64,000 nt of DNA from Octopus sinensis (GCF_006345805.1 NC_043004.1:94860001-94924000), one strand, 5' to 3'. Positions 1 through 13,378 are shown, counted from the stretch's first letter. Numbers and translations are program-made. Notes: generated by a model from the letters alone, not told the origin.

Positions 1-138
1 AGCAGAAAATTCAACAAAACCTGTTACTCTGAGTTTCCAGTTGCCGTTCATCGGACAGTTTTTGCTAGAATTCTAGCAAAAAACGTCCGATGAACGGCAA
101 CAGGAAATCAGAGAACAGGTTTTGTTGAATTTTCTGCT
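1..138. repeat. Fold-back palindrome with a hammerhead motif in each arm
   Basis: AGCAGAAAATTCAACAAAACCTGTT (1-25) is the reverse complement of 114-138. The dyad centre is TTTGCTAGAA|TTCTAGCAAA at 70/71. Confidence 0.9.
21..58 (-). ncRNA. Type I minimal hammerhead ribozyme motif (CCGAUGA core, GUA site)
   Basis: Minus strand reads CTGT-CCGATGA-A-CGG-CAA-CTG-GAAA-CTCAGA-GTA-ACAG. Stem I is CTGT/ACAG, stem II is CGG/CTG, stem III is ACT/AGT. Confidence 0.7.
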
Positions 139-139
139 G

Positions 140-340
140 CTTTAAATAATTGAATATATATATATATATATATATAATATATATGTATATATATATATAT
201 ATAGATATATATAAAGAAAGAGAGAGAGAGAGAGAGAGATACATATATACATAATAATACATACATACATACACACATAACATACATACATACATACATA
301 CATACATAATACATACATATATACATAATCATATATATAT
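140..340. repeat. Compound (AT)n/(AG)n/(TACA)n microsatellite
   Basis: Direct inspection; accounts for ORFs 65..307 and 108..332. Confidence 0.95.
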
Positions 341-634
341 GCTACACATACTCACACAAAATATTTTTATGTATGCTATCAACAATTTTTTTGACAAAAT
401 AGCCATTACTGTTACAAACAGCTACAATAATTCAAATAGTTATTTAACTGTAAATGATTATTACTATTAATATAATATTGGTAGCTAAATTAATTATGTT
501 AGTGATATATGCTGACAACTTCACTTAAGTAAAATAATAATTTTTTTTTTTTTTACCACAACAAAAAGACAAAAATATATTATTCTAATCCTGAACCATA
601 TAACGTTTATTATTGTGTAATTAATATAATGAAG

Positions 635-672
<38 letters not shown>

Positions 673-1094
673 CACTGTGAAAATTTTAAACAACAATAAG
701 CATACATATAAAACTAATAATGGTTGATCTCAAGGGGAATTTTACTGATGGTGAAATTTATTCCAGGAAGCAATAAAAGATAATGAGGTTTAATTCACTG
801 AATTAATATTTTAGAGGTGTCTGAATTAACGTTAACTCTAGTTTATCTATGACTGGACAATTTTGTTTCTACTTTCTTTCCAACATCTGTAATAATGCCG
901 CAGAGTTAATCATTTAAAGTCAATGGTGTGAAACAGAATTTGCTTACGTCCAAAGTGTTTATGTTGTAATCTATCAGAGCACAACAGAGACTCAACCCCC
1001 ATTGCAAAAACTTTTGCCGAAACAAACATACGTATACATATATTTATATACATATATTAAGTGTGTGAATATTTCGCAGGAAGTTTTATAACGC

Positions 1095-1117
1095 TGTCAT
1101 TATCATCATCATCATCA

Positions 1118-1154
<37 letters not shown>

Positions 1155-1464
1155 CCATCACCACCATCACCCCATCATCATCATCACTATTATCATTGTC
1201 GCCATCATCATCACCATCATCACCACCACCACCACCATCATCATCACTATTATCATTGTCACCATCATCATCATCATCATCATCATCTTCACCATCATCA
1301 TCATCAGCAGCAGCAGCAGCAGTACCATCATCATCATCATCATCATCATCACCATCATCACCACCACCACCACCATCATCATCACCATTATCATTGTCAG
1401 CCATCATCATCATCATCATCATCTTTACCATCATCATCAGCAGCAGCAACAGCAGTACCATCAC

Positions 1465-1511
<47 letters not shown>

Positions 1512-1725
1512 CAATAATCGTTACGATTATCATCATCATCATCATTATCTGTTTTTCCTGCTGGCATGGGTCAGAGGGTTCCACTGGAACTGGCAAGTCA
1601 GAACACTGTGCCAGTCCCTTTCTGTCTGCTTGGCATAGTTTCTACGGGTTGATGCCTTTCCTAATGTCAACCATTTTACAGAGTGTACTGAGGGGGTTTC
1701 TTTTCTTTTATGTGGCACCAGCAGC
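1095..1725 (-). mobile_element. Decayed RTE-type 3' tail element with a long (GAT)n tail
   Basis: 1550-1725 on the minus strand resembles the 3' end of the RTE LINE at about 17290-17484. The (ATC)n tract at 1095-1548 is its tail and explains the poly-S/D/I/M ORFs. Confidence 0.65.
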
Positions 1726-1730
1726 AGCGT

Positions 1731-2110
1731 GGAGGCACAATGGCCCAGTGGTTAGGGCAGCAGACTCGCGGTTGGAGGATCGCGGTTTCGATTCCCAGAC
1801 CGGGCGTTGTGTGTGTTTATTGAGTGAAAATACCTAAATCTCTACGATGCTCCAGCAGGGGATGGTGGCAACCCCTGTTGTACTCTTTCGCTCCAACTTT
1901 CTCTCACTCTTTCTTCCTGTTTCTTATCCCCGACTTCCTACACAACCACTGAGCCTGGATGCACATTCATCCATCTGTCAATGGTCTTGGTATCAGGGGT
2001 TGACCTGCTTTCTCTTCTGCAGGTCTTACGAATAGCAAAGGACCATGTTTCAGACTTCTCCCTCTATACTTTGGGATGAAGACTGCTTCGCTGAACAAAC
2101 AAACAAACCA
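1731..2110 (+). mobile_element. tRNA-derived SINE, family C (variant 3' half)
   Basis: Head GGAGGCACAATGGCCCAGTGGTTAGG...GGTTTCGATTCCC has A/B-box-like motifs and is shared with copies at 37352 and 42169. Confidence 0.8.
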
Positions 2111-2419
2111 ACAGGAGCAGTGAGATCCCTGATTAACTAGCAAGACAAAATCCATCAGCTGAGGAGTGGGTGCTGAGGGATAGTAAAAGGAGTCTTGTAT
2201 TAGAGGGGGGAACATGCCTGCCTCATGTGGGGTAAGAGGGGAAAGTGAAAGAGAGAGAGAGAAAGAAAGAGAGAGGATGGTGGTGACAGTGAGTGGGCTA
2301 GGGGATCAGAAAGGGTGAATAGGTGAGTTCACAAGATTGCAGTGGTTGATGGAGAGGGGGAGTAATGAGTGTGTACATAAACTCTCCCTAGAATCCCAAT
2401 AAAGTTCTTTGCATCTTAA

Positions 2420-2633
2420 CCCTTTCATTACCATATTTATTTTGAGATGCTCTTTGTTTCCTTCAATTAATTTTAAAGTGGCTGTGTGGTAAGTAACTTG
2501 CCTACCAACCACATGGTTCCAGGTTCGGTCCCACTGCATGGCACCTTGGGCAAGTGTCTTCTACTATAGCCTTGGGATGACCAAAGCCTTGTGAATGGAT
2601 TTGGTAGATGGAAACTGAAAGAAGCTCATCGTA

Positions 2634-2680
<47 letters not shown>

Positions 2681-3074
2681 ATGTATGTGTGTATATGTTT
2701 GTGTGCCTGTGTTTGTCCTCCCAACATCACTTGACAACCGATGGTGGTGTGTTTACGTCCCCGTAACTTAGCTGTTCGGCAAAAGAGACCAATAGAATAA
2801 GTATAAGGCTTCCAAAGAATAAGTCCTGGGGTCGATCTACTTGACAAAAAGCAGTGCTCCAGCATGGCTGCAATCAAATGCCTGTAACAAATAAAAGTGT
2901 AAAAAAAGAGTATAACAAAGAATTCAGTGAAATAACTTAGTTATCATTAAACTAGTGTTAGGAATATAAATTGTGACTAATGTTTGGTGGAAGATTTTAA
3001 TGCAGAATTTTTGAAAATAAGACATTTGTACGACAAAGCCAGAGGCAGTTTCAGGTGGGTTAGTATCAAAAGGG
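2420..3074. mobile_element. piggyBac-like MITE interrupted by a SINE
   Basis: TTAA|CCCTTTCATTAC at the left end and GTATCAAAAGGG|TTAA at the right end: imperfect TIR starting CCC, flanked by TTAA. Confidence 0.65.
2478..2912 (+). mobile_element. tRNA-derived SINE, family A (CORE-like CCTTGGGCAAG segment, internal microsatellite)
   Basis: Matches the many other family A copies in the window; nested in the MITE. Confidence 0.9.
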
Positions 3075-4216
3075 TTAAAGGATAGGGAACAGCAGAATCA
3101 GAAACATACAAGAAAAGTGGATTGCGTCATTTCATCGTAAACCTTTACATTATGAGTTCCTGTTCTGTAGAGGATAGCTTACCCCTCTATCTTTATGAAG
3201 TTAGGAAAATAAGCAGCAAACAAGTTGATTAAATGGATTTCCTTTTTCTGAAATTTGCTGCCATCTGTATGATCCAAGAAGGTTACTAGACGGAGAAGGG
3301 TTATCTAATCATCAAAAAGGAGGGTTCCCTTCTGTTCACAACCACTTTCAACCTAAATCTTTGTAACTTTCTCTATATCGATAACTGGCAAATTTATATA
3401 AAATCCTGACCTCGTCCAACTCACCCAGTCCTGTACCCGTCCTTTGTAGTGAAATTACTAAGGAACAGGAGAGACCACATGACATAGACATTATTCTCTA
3501 AGCTGAAGTGTCATGACTCTATATCTCATCCTTGGCAGTGTAATAGGTTACGTGTTAGACATGGAATATTATTGTTCCCATTTATTTAGCAATGGATAAA
3601 TCAATTTAGAAGCCCTTACGTAGTCACTTGGCCTGTGAAAAGCAACAGTGAAATCCCAATCGAATTACATATGCCCAAAGGATGTACACAATGGATAATG
3701 CTGTGTTTGATATATTATGGCTGAAATAAATTCACTAGATGTATATTGCTAGAGCACCTTTGATCAAAGGCCTGCTCAGTCAGAACTGATCTGATCTAAA
3801 GGGCAACAACACTATCAGTAACAAATACAGCCAACAGTATCATATAATCCCAATGAAACAACAAGGGAGATTTTACATGGTGATGAAAATTACTAAAAAT
3901 AGCAACCAAATCTCCTTGAAATTACAGCTTCTTAAATTAAAAGACAGAACATATTGGATAATGTAATTATCAAAACATAAAAGATCAAAGCTGGATTGCC
4001 TTTGGTCATAGGAATTCATAGCCAAAGCTCACCTGAAGATAAACAACAACTATAAACCTCAACAAGCCAATGAAGAAACCTCTGCACAGACATTTAATTT
4101 GTAAGAAGCAGCCAGGTCACTTAAATTACACTGTGTCATTGAAAGAAGTGATGTGAGAGATCGGATAATGTAGGCGTAGATACACTGTATCTAAAAGCAA
4201 ATAAATGCACAGAATA

Positions 4217-4626
4217 GGCGCAGGAGTGGCTGTGTGGTAAGTAGCTTGCTAACCAACCACATTGGTTCCGGGTTCAGTCCCACTGCGTGGCATCTTGGGC
4301 AAGTGTCTTCTGTTATAGCCCCGGGCTGACCAATGCCTTGTGAGTGGATTTGGTAGACGGAAACTGAAAGAAGCCTGTCGTATATATGTATATATATATA
4401 TATGTGTGTGTATATGTTTGTGTGTCCGTGCTTGTCCCCCTAGCATTGCTTGACAACCGATGCTGGTGTGTTTACGTCCCCGTCACTTAGTGGTTCGGCA
4501 AAAGAGACCGATAGAATAAGTACTGGGCTTACAAAGAATAAGTCCCGGGGTCGATTTGCTCGACTAAAGGCGGTGCACCAGCATGGCCGCAGTCAAATGA
4601 CTGAAACAAGTAAAAGAGTAAAGAGT
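4217..4626 (+). mobile_element. SINE family A, full length
   Basis: Runs from GGCGCAGGAGTGGCTGTGTGGTAAG to the GTAAAAGAG tail. Confidence 0.9.
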
Positions 4627-4768
4627 AATGATCGTAGCTGGTCTTGGATCTGCTTGATCTCTGCTGGCTGGTACTAAAGAATAGCAAAAACAACAGTTGC
4701 ATAGTAACAGAGCAGTAAAGAGATAGGACGGATGATCATTGAAGATTCACCAAAATAGTTATGCATTC

Positions 4769-5172
4769 GGAGTGGCTGTCGTAGCTTGCTTACCAACCAC
4801 ATGGTTCTGGGTTCAGTCCCACTGCATGGCACCTTGGGCAAGTGTCTTCTACTATAGCCTCAGGCCAACCAAAGCCTTGTGAGTGGATTTGGTTGACAGA
4901 AACTAAAAGAAGCCCGTCTTATATGTGTGTGTGTGTGTGTGTGTGTGAGTGTGTGTGTGTGTGTGTACGTGCGTGCGTCTGTGTGTGTTTGTGTATCTGT
5001 GTTTTTCCTCCAGCATCACTTGACAACCGATGCTAATGTGTTTACATCCCCATAACTTACCGGTTCAGCAAAAGAGATTGATTAAATAAGTACAAGACTT
5101 ACAAAGAATAAGTCCTGGGGTCGATTTCTTCGACTAAAGTCGGTGTTCCAGCATGGCCACAGTAGAGTGACT
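4769..5172 (+). mobile_element. SINE family A
   Basis: Homologous to the copy at 4217. Confidence 0.85.
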
Positions 5173-5844
5173 GTATACGTGTATACAGACATATGCATAC
5201 AGACAGACATGTAACTACATAAATACATGACACACACATATACAAACGTGTGTGTGTGTGAGTGTGTGTAATATATATATATATAATATATATATATATC
5301 ATAAATATACATACACACACATACACACACACACACACACATATATATATAAATATATAACTGAGACAAGCTATATAGCCTAGATGCAAAATAAGCAGAA
5401 ACATTTTTTTTTATTTAATTTAATGCAAGTTTTTATGTGTTTTTTATGTAATTTTATTCGAAAATATTTAAATTTTTATTGTAATACAGATACACGTCTA
5501 AAGCTGAATTTTTTTCAAACTTCTATGATATGTGAAGCTTTCAAGACTACGTCTATGGGTAATGTTTATTTTATGGCTTCAAAAATTACTGCCTTTATAT
5601 CTTATCTTACATATTTCCTTGTAAAATTTAGATTAGCTAAAATATGTTTATGGCACATTTCAACTGCTAAAAGGCAAATACACTGCAGTTACTGAAGAGA
5701 AAATATCTCTCTTGTGATAAAAAGGTGTGAAAACACCCCCCCGTTAACATTTCATTATATTTCCTTGTAATACTAAATTGATATAAAACACATGTGACAG
5801 AAGTAATTGTCACAGCAAGATGTTTTATTTAGTAAGAGCTGTGG

Positions 5845-7750
5845 GAAGATACCAGTTTTGGTTCTACAGTTTAATGTCCTGAAAAAGATGTCTTCTTTCT
5901 CTATCCTGTGAGAAGGTGACATAGAGCTGACCATGAGGGAAACATGGTCTTGTCAGTTAAGTTTCAGCAACTTTGAACAATTTTCCATAAGATTTGCTGA
6001 TGGGCATAGAAAATAGCAGTACTACTTGATATAAAAATCACTTGAGCTGAAATGGTATGCCCACTGGAATGGGAATGCATGCAATAGAAACATTGCCCAT
6101 AAAACAAATTGTCATAATGCTGGCTTCAGTCACATGGGACATGAGTTCTGAAATTTTTACAAAATTCTTTGAAAACTGGGCTGTTGACACATTTCTATTA
6201 AGTGCAGCTTTCATGCTGGTAGAAAAAGAGTTTTTCTTTTCATCTCCAAATAAAGAATGGTTTGAGGCATATTCAAAACTCATCAGCAAATGTACATTTT
6301 GAAAAGACTGGCTGAATTTGCCTGAAATCAACAGATAGTAAGACTTTAATGACTCCACTCAGAGTCTTGGTGCCCCCATATTTTGTAGTAGCATAAGGAG
6401 TGCACACACCTTCAGCCATATTCTGTAATGAGAAACACCGATGGGTTGAAAAGAGAGAGTCTATTGTATATTTGACAGCATCATTATCCTTAACTAGAGT
6501 ATAAAACGACTTGTACCATCCTAATATGTTTAGTAGTGCTTGAATGAAAGCAACATTAATAACATCATACACAATATCATTTTTAAAAACTAGGATGGTG
6601 TGTTCAGAAAGCTAATCATGATTCCTGTAATTCTGTGAAAGAATAGTTTAATCTTTCAGTAGTATATCCTGAGATGTGTTGATGATTGTTTCCCAATTTG
6701 CTTGATATCCCAGAGTCAACTGATAGCCGACCAACCAAAGTAAAACTATTTGCAGTTAGACCAGCTGATGCATTTCTATTAAGTGTAGCTTTCATGCTGG
6801 TAGAAAAATGTTTTTCCACTCCTTTTCAAATACAGAATACTTCAAGACATGCCCTCAACTCAAATGCAGAAGTATTCTTTGAAATACTGGCTGAATTTAT
6901 CTAAAAATCACCAGAAAACAAGATTTTGATAGAGAAATGGCATTCTCTCTGTGTCTTGAACTAGATCAGTGTGTGTGTTGTATGTTTTAGCCATTAAAGT
7001 TATCTGTAATGAGCTCTGCATAATAAACTCAGTAGCATTGTGGATGCCATGTTTATTCTATATATCAACGCCTTAGAGAATCACCCTTTTCAAAGTGAGT
7101 TTCTTAAGGGATTTGTTGCTTCTATCCATGATGTCAGTGTTTAATTTATGATCTTCTAAGAATCAAGCATGAGCCTTGAATGCAACTCTTTGAGATAGTA
7201 TCCACTCACCCAATAGTATCAGTTTGGCTTATTTCCAGATCTTCTCTTGCCAGATTCTTTACCAAAATCATATGAACTGCCATTGTGCGCAAAGACGAAC
7301 GTGTGCAAGGTAAGTATGGTCTTACTATACATGAGCAAAGTTGCAACAATGCAACATGATGTTACTGTAAAATATATCTGCTTTTTAATGAACTTCTACG
7401 AAAATGAAGATGATCAAAAACGTTTCTGCTGCACAAATAGGAGTACCAAGAAAAGTTATTATTCCTGAATCAATAACCACTAATATTTGATCCTTGCATA
7501 AGTTTTTACTCATCTGCAAGCAAAACTGGTTTGTTTTTCTTGGTATACAGTTCTATGTAGTGTGTTATAGCAGGTTACCCAAAGGAATTTTTGGAGGAGT
7601 GCTGCAACTGTAATACCCATAGTAGCTGGAAATCTATGCTACCCAAGATCTTTGATAGTAATGGGTTGTAGAGAGATTCTATTGATGTTCAGCGCTTGGT
7701 AGAGGTAGAATACGACAGTGGGATTTTTACCATCTTAATTGTTTATACAC
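5845..7750 (-). pseudogene. Decayed Helitron Rep/helicase gene, PIF1-like helicase part
   Basis: Minus-strand peptides match Helitron helicase motifs in order: GIITFLGTPICAAETFLIIFIFVEV (decayed Walker A), NLARED, VLLSVDFRQIQPV, STSMKAALN, CIPIPVGIPFQLK, FSMPISKSYG, PCFPHGQLYVTFS. Many stops and frameshifts. Confidence 0.85.
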
Positions 7751-8674
7751 GATAACTTTTCACACGGTGAATACCAGAGGCTAACATATCTACAACAGTC
7801 TCTGTTATGAGGAAATATTGGGGTTAGTAATTCTTTGATTACTTGATTGAATTTTTATAGAGAAATGGCATTCTCTCTGTGTCTTGAACTAGATCAGTGT
7901 GTGTGTTGTATGTTTTAGCCATTAAAGTTATTTGTAATGAGCTCTGCATAATTAACTCAGTAACATGTTTATTCTATATATCAACGCCTTAGAGAATCAC
8001 CGTTCTCAAAGTGAGTTTCTTAAGGGATTTGTTGCTTGATATTTAATATTCGGACAAGGGCTATCTGGATGTCCATCTTATAGATTTATGAGGCACCACT
8101 GTTTAGAGAATAATAACCCACTTTAACAATATTGGCGCTGAGAGATTGTGGTATTTAGATGTAAATAGGAACTCTCTGTTATAATTCATTACTACAGAAT
8201 CAAACGAGTCTCCTAACTTGTAATATCATGAACAGAAATATATTATATACTAAGGGCGTGAAAAAATAAGAGATTCTGTTTAACTGAAAAAATCCAGATA
8301 TTAAAACATAATTGTTGAAAAGAAGATTTAAGATATTGTCACTCTATCAGCACTAAAGATATTTCATCCTGAGAATGTTTATAAGAAAGAATTTGGTGGA
8401 TTTTAATAAGCTGGTGATTTCTCAAAATTGGAAAACTCAGACTGAAATAAGAGAAACTATTCAGTTGGTGTCTCATATATGTGGCAGGAAACTCGATAAA
8501 CAATGCAGTGAATTATCGGCTGCATTCTGATAAACAAGAACTATGCATTATGAATTAAGTGATATCGCCACTTTTTATTTTTGAAAATAGTTACATATAC
8601 ACACTTACATATATATGTATGTGAATGCATGTATGCATGCCTGTGCACACACACACATATATATATATATATCG

Positions 8675-9015
8675 TCCTGTCGAAAAGACGCCTATCTGTG
8701 ACGTCCTGTTTTTGTTATTATCATTATCATTATTGTTTTTACGTATTTTTGTATTCTTATTCGTGTAACATCGTCCGTTTTCCCATCCTTGTTTTGTATA
8801 CATTCGAGGCTTTCTTCCAAGGAATCTAATGCACTTGGCTTAAATTTTCCTGTGGGGCTGGCCAGGTCGGAGCAATCTCAAGATTAATCAGCCGAAATCG
8901 CGAGGATGATCCGGTTCTTGACTGAAGATTGAAGGCTTCGAATGTTCCCGTCGTGTTTTTGTATCGTCTTCTAAATGTTTTGTGCGTTCTTGACCCAGTT
9001 TGTATTTTTAACATA
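8675..9015. repeat. Unclassified interspersed repeat embedded in (AT)n
   Basis: Higher-complexity block between (AT)n tracts. Shares the GACGTCCTGT motif and the GAAA...CTGANGA order with the repeats at 29130, 29880 and 61555. Confidence 0.4.
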
Positions 9016-9025
9016 TACATATATA

Positions 9026-9100
<75 letters not shown>

Positions 9101-9199
9101 ATATATATATATATATGTGAATGTAAACAAGCATACATGTATAACACAATATACAATTATAAATTTATTTTATTTCCATTGTATATTCTTTTTTTCTTT

Positions 9200-9575
9200 T
9201 ATTTCTTTCAGTCATTTGACTGCAGCCATGCTGGAATACCACCTTTAGTCAAACAAATCGACTCCAGGACTTATTGTTTGTAAGCCTAGTACTTATTCTA
9301 TTGTTCTCTTTTTGCCGAGATGCTAAGTTACAAGGATGTAAACACATCAACATTAGTTGTCAAGCAATGGTGGGAGACAAACACTGACACACAAATATAT
9401 ACACACACACACACACATATATGAAGGCTTCTTTCAGTTTCCATCTACCAAATCCACCCACAAGACTTTGGTTACCTTGAGGCTGTAGAAGACACATGCT
9501 CAATGTGCCACACTGTGGGGTTGAACATGGAACCATGTAATTGGTAAGCAAGCTACATACCACACAGTTACTCCT
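9200..9575 (-). mobile_element. SINE family A (older copy)
   Basis: Reverse complement of the family A consensus. Confidence 0.85.
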
Positions 9576-9983
9576 ACCAGTTTAAGTTCTTGCAAATAGA
9601 TATGTAATATTGGTTTCAAATTTTGGTATAGGGCCACAAGGTATCTATATTCTGAACTTTGAAGCGATAAAAGGCAAAAGTGACGTCAATGCAATTTCAA
9701 CTCAGATTGTAAATACTGCTAAGAATTTTGCCTGGCATGCAAACGATTCTGCTGGCTCCCAGCCTTAAAATAGTTATTCAATATTCATGATGTTTATATG
9801 CATATATATATATTGATAAAAAATGGTAAGACAACAAAAGAATGAAAGAGACCTCAATATTATTTTATCATGGCTACCGAATAATTGTCACAATTACATT
9901 TACAGATATATATTTATATATACGTTTATATATTTGCAAAAAACAAATATATATCTATATATATATATAAAGATATATATATA

Positions 9984-10378
9984 GGCGCAGAGTGGCTGTT
10001 GTGGTAATAGCTTGCTAACCAACCACCACAGGCTCCGGGTTCAGTCCACTGGCGTGGGCATCTTGGGCAAGTGTCTTCTGCTTATGCCCCGGCCGACCAA
10101 TGCCTTGTGAGTGGATTTGGTAGACGGAAACTGAAAGAACCTGTCGTATATATTATATTATATATGTGTCTGTGTATGTGTGTGTGTTTGTGTGCTTGTC
10201 CCCCTAGCTTGCTTGACAACCGATGCTGGTGTGTTTACGTCCCCGTCACTTAGCGGTTCGGCAAAGAACCGATAGAATAAGTACTGGGCTTACAAAGAAG
10301 AAGTCCCGGGTCGATTTGCTCGACTAAGGCGGTGCTCCAGCATGGCCGCAGTCAAATGACTGAAACAATAAAGATAAA
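9984..10378 (+). mobile_element. SINE family A with many 1-bp indels
   Basis: Homologous to the copy at 4217. Confidence 0.9.
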
Positions 10379-10428
10379 TATAAAAAAAGATAAAAGAAGA
10401 TATACATATATATATACATATATATTAC

Positions 10429-10463
<35 letters not shown>

Positions 10464-10537
10464 TCATGTATGTATATTTTATATGTATGTATGATGTGTA
10501 TATATTAGTTGTATTGTATATATATATTGTATATATG

Positions 10538-10571
<34 letters not shown>

Positions 10572-10574
<3 letters not shown>

Positions 10575-10740
10575 AGAGTAAGCAATAAAAAATAATATTC
10601 GAATACCAGAGGAAGACTAATATGCTTTATTAAAATATAGCAAAATTATCTCGCTCCTTTCTAAACAAAACTGTCTGATGACAAGAATGTGAAACTCTGA
10701 GGAACAGCTTTTTGTGATATTTTCGCTGCTTTTTAATAAC
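10572..10740 (+). repeat. Remnant of the 1-138 palindrome family with a decayed hammerhead (10671-10707)
   Basis: CTGT-CTGATGA-CAAGAATGT-GAAA-CTCTGA-GGA-ACAG: same stem I as 21-58, but the cleavage triplet is GGA. Confidence 0.55.
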
Positions 10741-11059
10741 GTATATATATATATATATATAATATATATATAAATTCTCTACTGGGAATGACCAAGTTTA
10801 AAAATCTGCTGGATGTCACTCATAAGAGAATCTTACATTGCTTATAAACTCTATAATTGGGAGGACTCATTTTAAACTCTGTTGGACTTTTGGACTTTAC
10901 TCATAAGATATTGGAATATTGCATCTATACCATTATGCCTAAAAAATGGATTTACAACTTCAATACCCATACATATATTGCATCTATTTTCTTTCCTCCA
11001 CCTCACTCTCTATTTTGTATCACATCTAAACTAACTGTGATTTAACTATCTTTCACACT

Positions 11060-11111
11060 GTCTCCGATGAAGGGATATTATTAATGAATATCCTAGAAAT
11101 AGCTGTAAGAC
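11060..11111 (+). ncRNA. Type I minimal hammerhead ribozyme motif (CCGAUGA, GUA site)
   Basis: GTCT-CCGATGA-A-GGGATATT-ATTAATG-AATATCCT-A-GAAA-TAGCT-GTA-AGAC. Stem I is 4 bp, stem II is 8 bp, and stem III contains palindromic AGCT. Confidence 0.75.
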
Positions 11112-11188
11112 CTATCTATAAATGCTATAATATCTACACAGCCTTGGTTTTTTTATCTTATTACGCAAAAAATTCTTATATATATACT

Positions 11189-11365
11189 ATACTCACGAAG
11201 TGGTTGGTGTTAGGAAGGGCATCCAGCTGTAGAAACACTGCTAGATCAGACTGGAGCCTGGTGCAGCCCCTGGCTTCCCAGACCCCGGTCGAACTGTCCA
11301 ACACGTGCTAGTCACGGAAAACGGACGTTAAACGATGTTGACGATAATGATGATGATGACGATGA
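11189..11365 (+). mobile_element. RTE 3'-tail fragment with (GAT)n tail
   Basis: TGGTTGGTGTTAGGAAGGGCATCCAGCTGTAGAAAC...GGACGTTAAACGATG matches 17330-17484. Confidence 0.85.
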
Positions 11366-11608
11366 TATATGTATATATGTATATATAAATGGTGAAGATA
11401 TAGCTGTGTGGTTGCATGTTATGCTTCCTAATCACATAGTTTTAGGTTCAGTGCTACTGCATGGCAACCTGTTGGGTCAACCAAAGCCTTGTGAGTGAAC
11501 ATAGTAGATGGAAACTGAATGAAGCATGTCATTTATATAGATGCACATGTGTGTTTATGTATATGTGTATACACGTACATATATATGGATATGTATGTAT
11601 GTATATGC

Positions 11609-11642
<34 letters not shown>

Positions 11643-12079
11643 GTATGTATATGTGCATATGTGTGAGAATATTGGTTTGTTTATATTTCCCTTTCTTCGG
11701 AAAAGGATAATCTACACGCAATGACACTATGGACATTTTATCAGTTAACAATTCATTTGTTATATTTGCGCTTTCACAGACATCCGATACAAGAGATAGC
11801 TTCCTCGAAAAATAGCCAATGTGTTAGCACCAGAAACAGCATCCACTTGTAAAACAATAAAGCAATGCCTCAATAATATATTCATCTAACTCATACTAGT
11901 GGGGAGAAAATGAATGTAGATCATTATGTTTAGTTTTGCATAGATGTATATAGACAGAAGCATTTCAAATTATTTCTTTATATATAAATGCAAATTTGTA
12001 TGCGTGCGCAATAATAAATACTCATTATATACTATGTATACATGTAGCCATGTATATAACATATATAGATAAATCTTTT

Positions 12080-13075
12080 TCTTATCCTCAATTATATACG
12101 AATATACAGATATGCACACATATGTATATGTCTGTACGTATCATCATATACAATATATATTATATATGAATACACACACAAACACACATACACACACATA
12201 TATATACATATATATATCATCATCATCATCAAACGATGATGATGATGATGATGATATATATATGTATATATATGTGTGTGTGTGTGTGTATTCATATATA
12301 ATATATATTGTATATGATGATACATACAGACATATACATGTGTGTGAATATGTGTATATTCGTATATTATATATATATTATATATATCATATATGATGAT
12401 ACATAGAGACATATACATACATCTATATATATATATATATATATATATACATACATAAAATCATATTTATAAGAGAATATTTTTTCATGTATATATGTGT
12501 ATATGTGTGCAGGTGTATGTATGCATATAACTATGTGAGAGCAAGCACGTGTAAGAATACAAACAGACATACATACTAATACATAATTATGTACATACAC
12601 AAGATTTCAAACATACACAGACACTGCTACATAAAAATGAGGGAATCCTATGAAACATGTGTTTTATGTGAATATTATCTGGATAACAATTTATTAAACC
12701 ATAAAACTGGAAAGAAAATTGAAACAAAAACAATAGAGAAGAGAGAGAGCAAAAAATATGAATAAAAAAAAAAGAAACAAGTTCAAAACGCTATATCAAA
12801 AATACATCAAAACCTGAAAATATGGAGGCAACACAATGATGGAGAGGAAGAAACGGACAACAAGGAGAATGTTCTGTTGTATAAGAACCATAACCGGATT
12901 GTATTATGGCCAGAAATAAATCATGACTGAAAGGAAAGACAATTATAATCAAAAGAAATACATTAAGAAATACAATATATCTATGCATGATATATATATA
13001 TATATATGTGTGTGCATGTTGTGGGCGTGTGTGTGTATATATATATGTGTGCATATATATATATATATATGTATG

Positions 13076-13108
<33 letters not shown>

Positions 13109-13256
13109 TGTATATGTCTACATATGTATGTATGTATATATATGCATATGTATATATATTTTATATATTTGTGTGTGTGTGTGTATATATATATCTATAT
13201 ATATACATTATAATATACATATAGGCACATACACACTTATACATATATGTATATGC

Positions 13257-13292
<36 letters not shown>

Positions 13293-13344
13293 GAGAGAGA
13301 GAGAGAGAGAGACTATGTATGTATGTATTATGTATGTATGTAAG

Positions 13345-13378
<34 letters not shown>

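Noticed and set aside
1731-1802. tRNA-like sequences at SINE heads (also 37352 and 42169)
   Set aside because: They continue into SINE bodies and lack a complete cloverleaf, so they are not tRNA genes.
7238-7309. Plus-strand exon-like signal ttccAG...AAG|GTAAGT
   Set aside because: It lies antisense within the Helitron remnant and has no supporting exons. Probably chance, although exonisation cannot be excluded without RNA-seq.
7255-7310. Minus-strand FVFAHNGSSYDF, resembling the exonuclease II motif of protein-primed PolB (Polinton)
   Set aside because: An overlapping frame fits the surrounding colinear Helitron helicase (NLARED), and no other PolB motifs are nearby.
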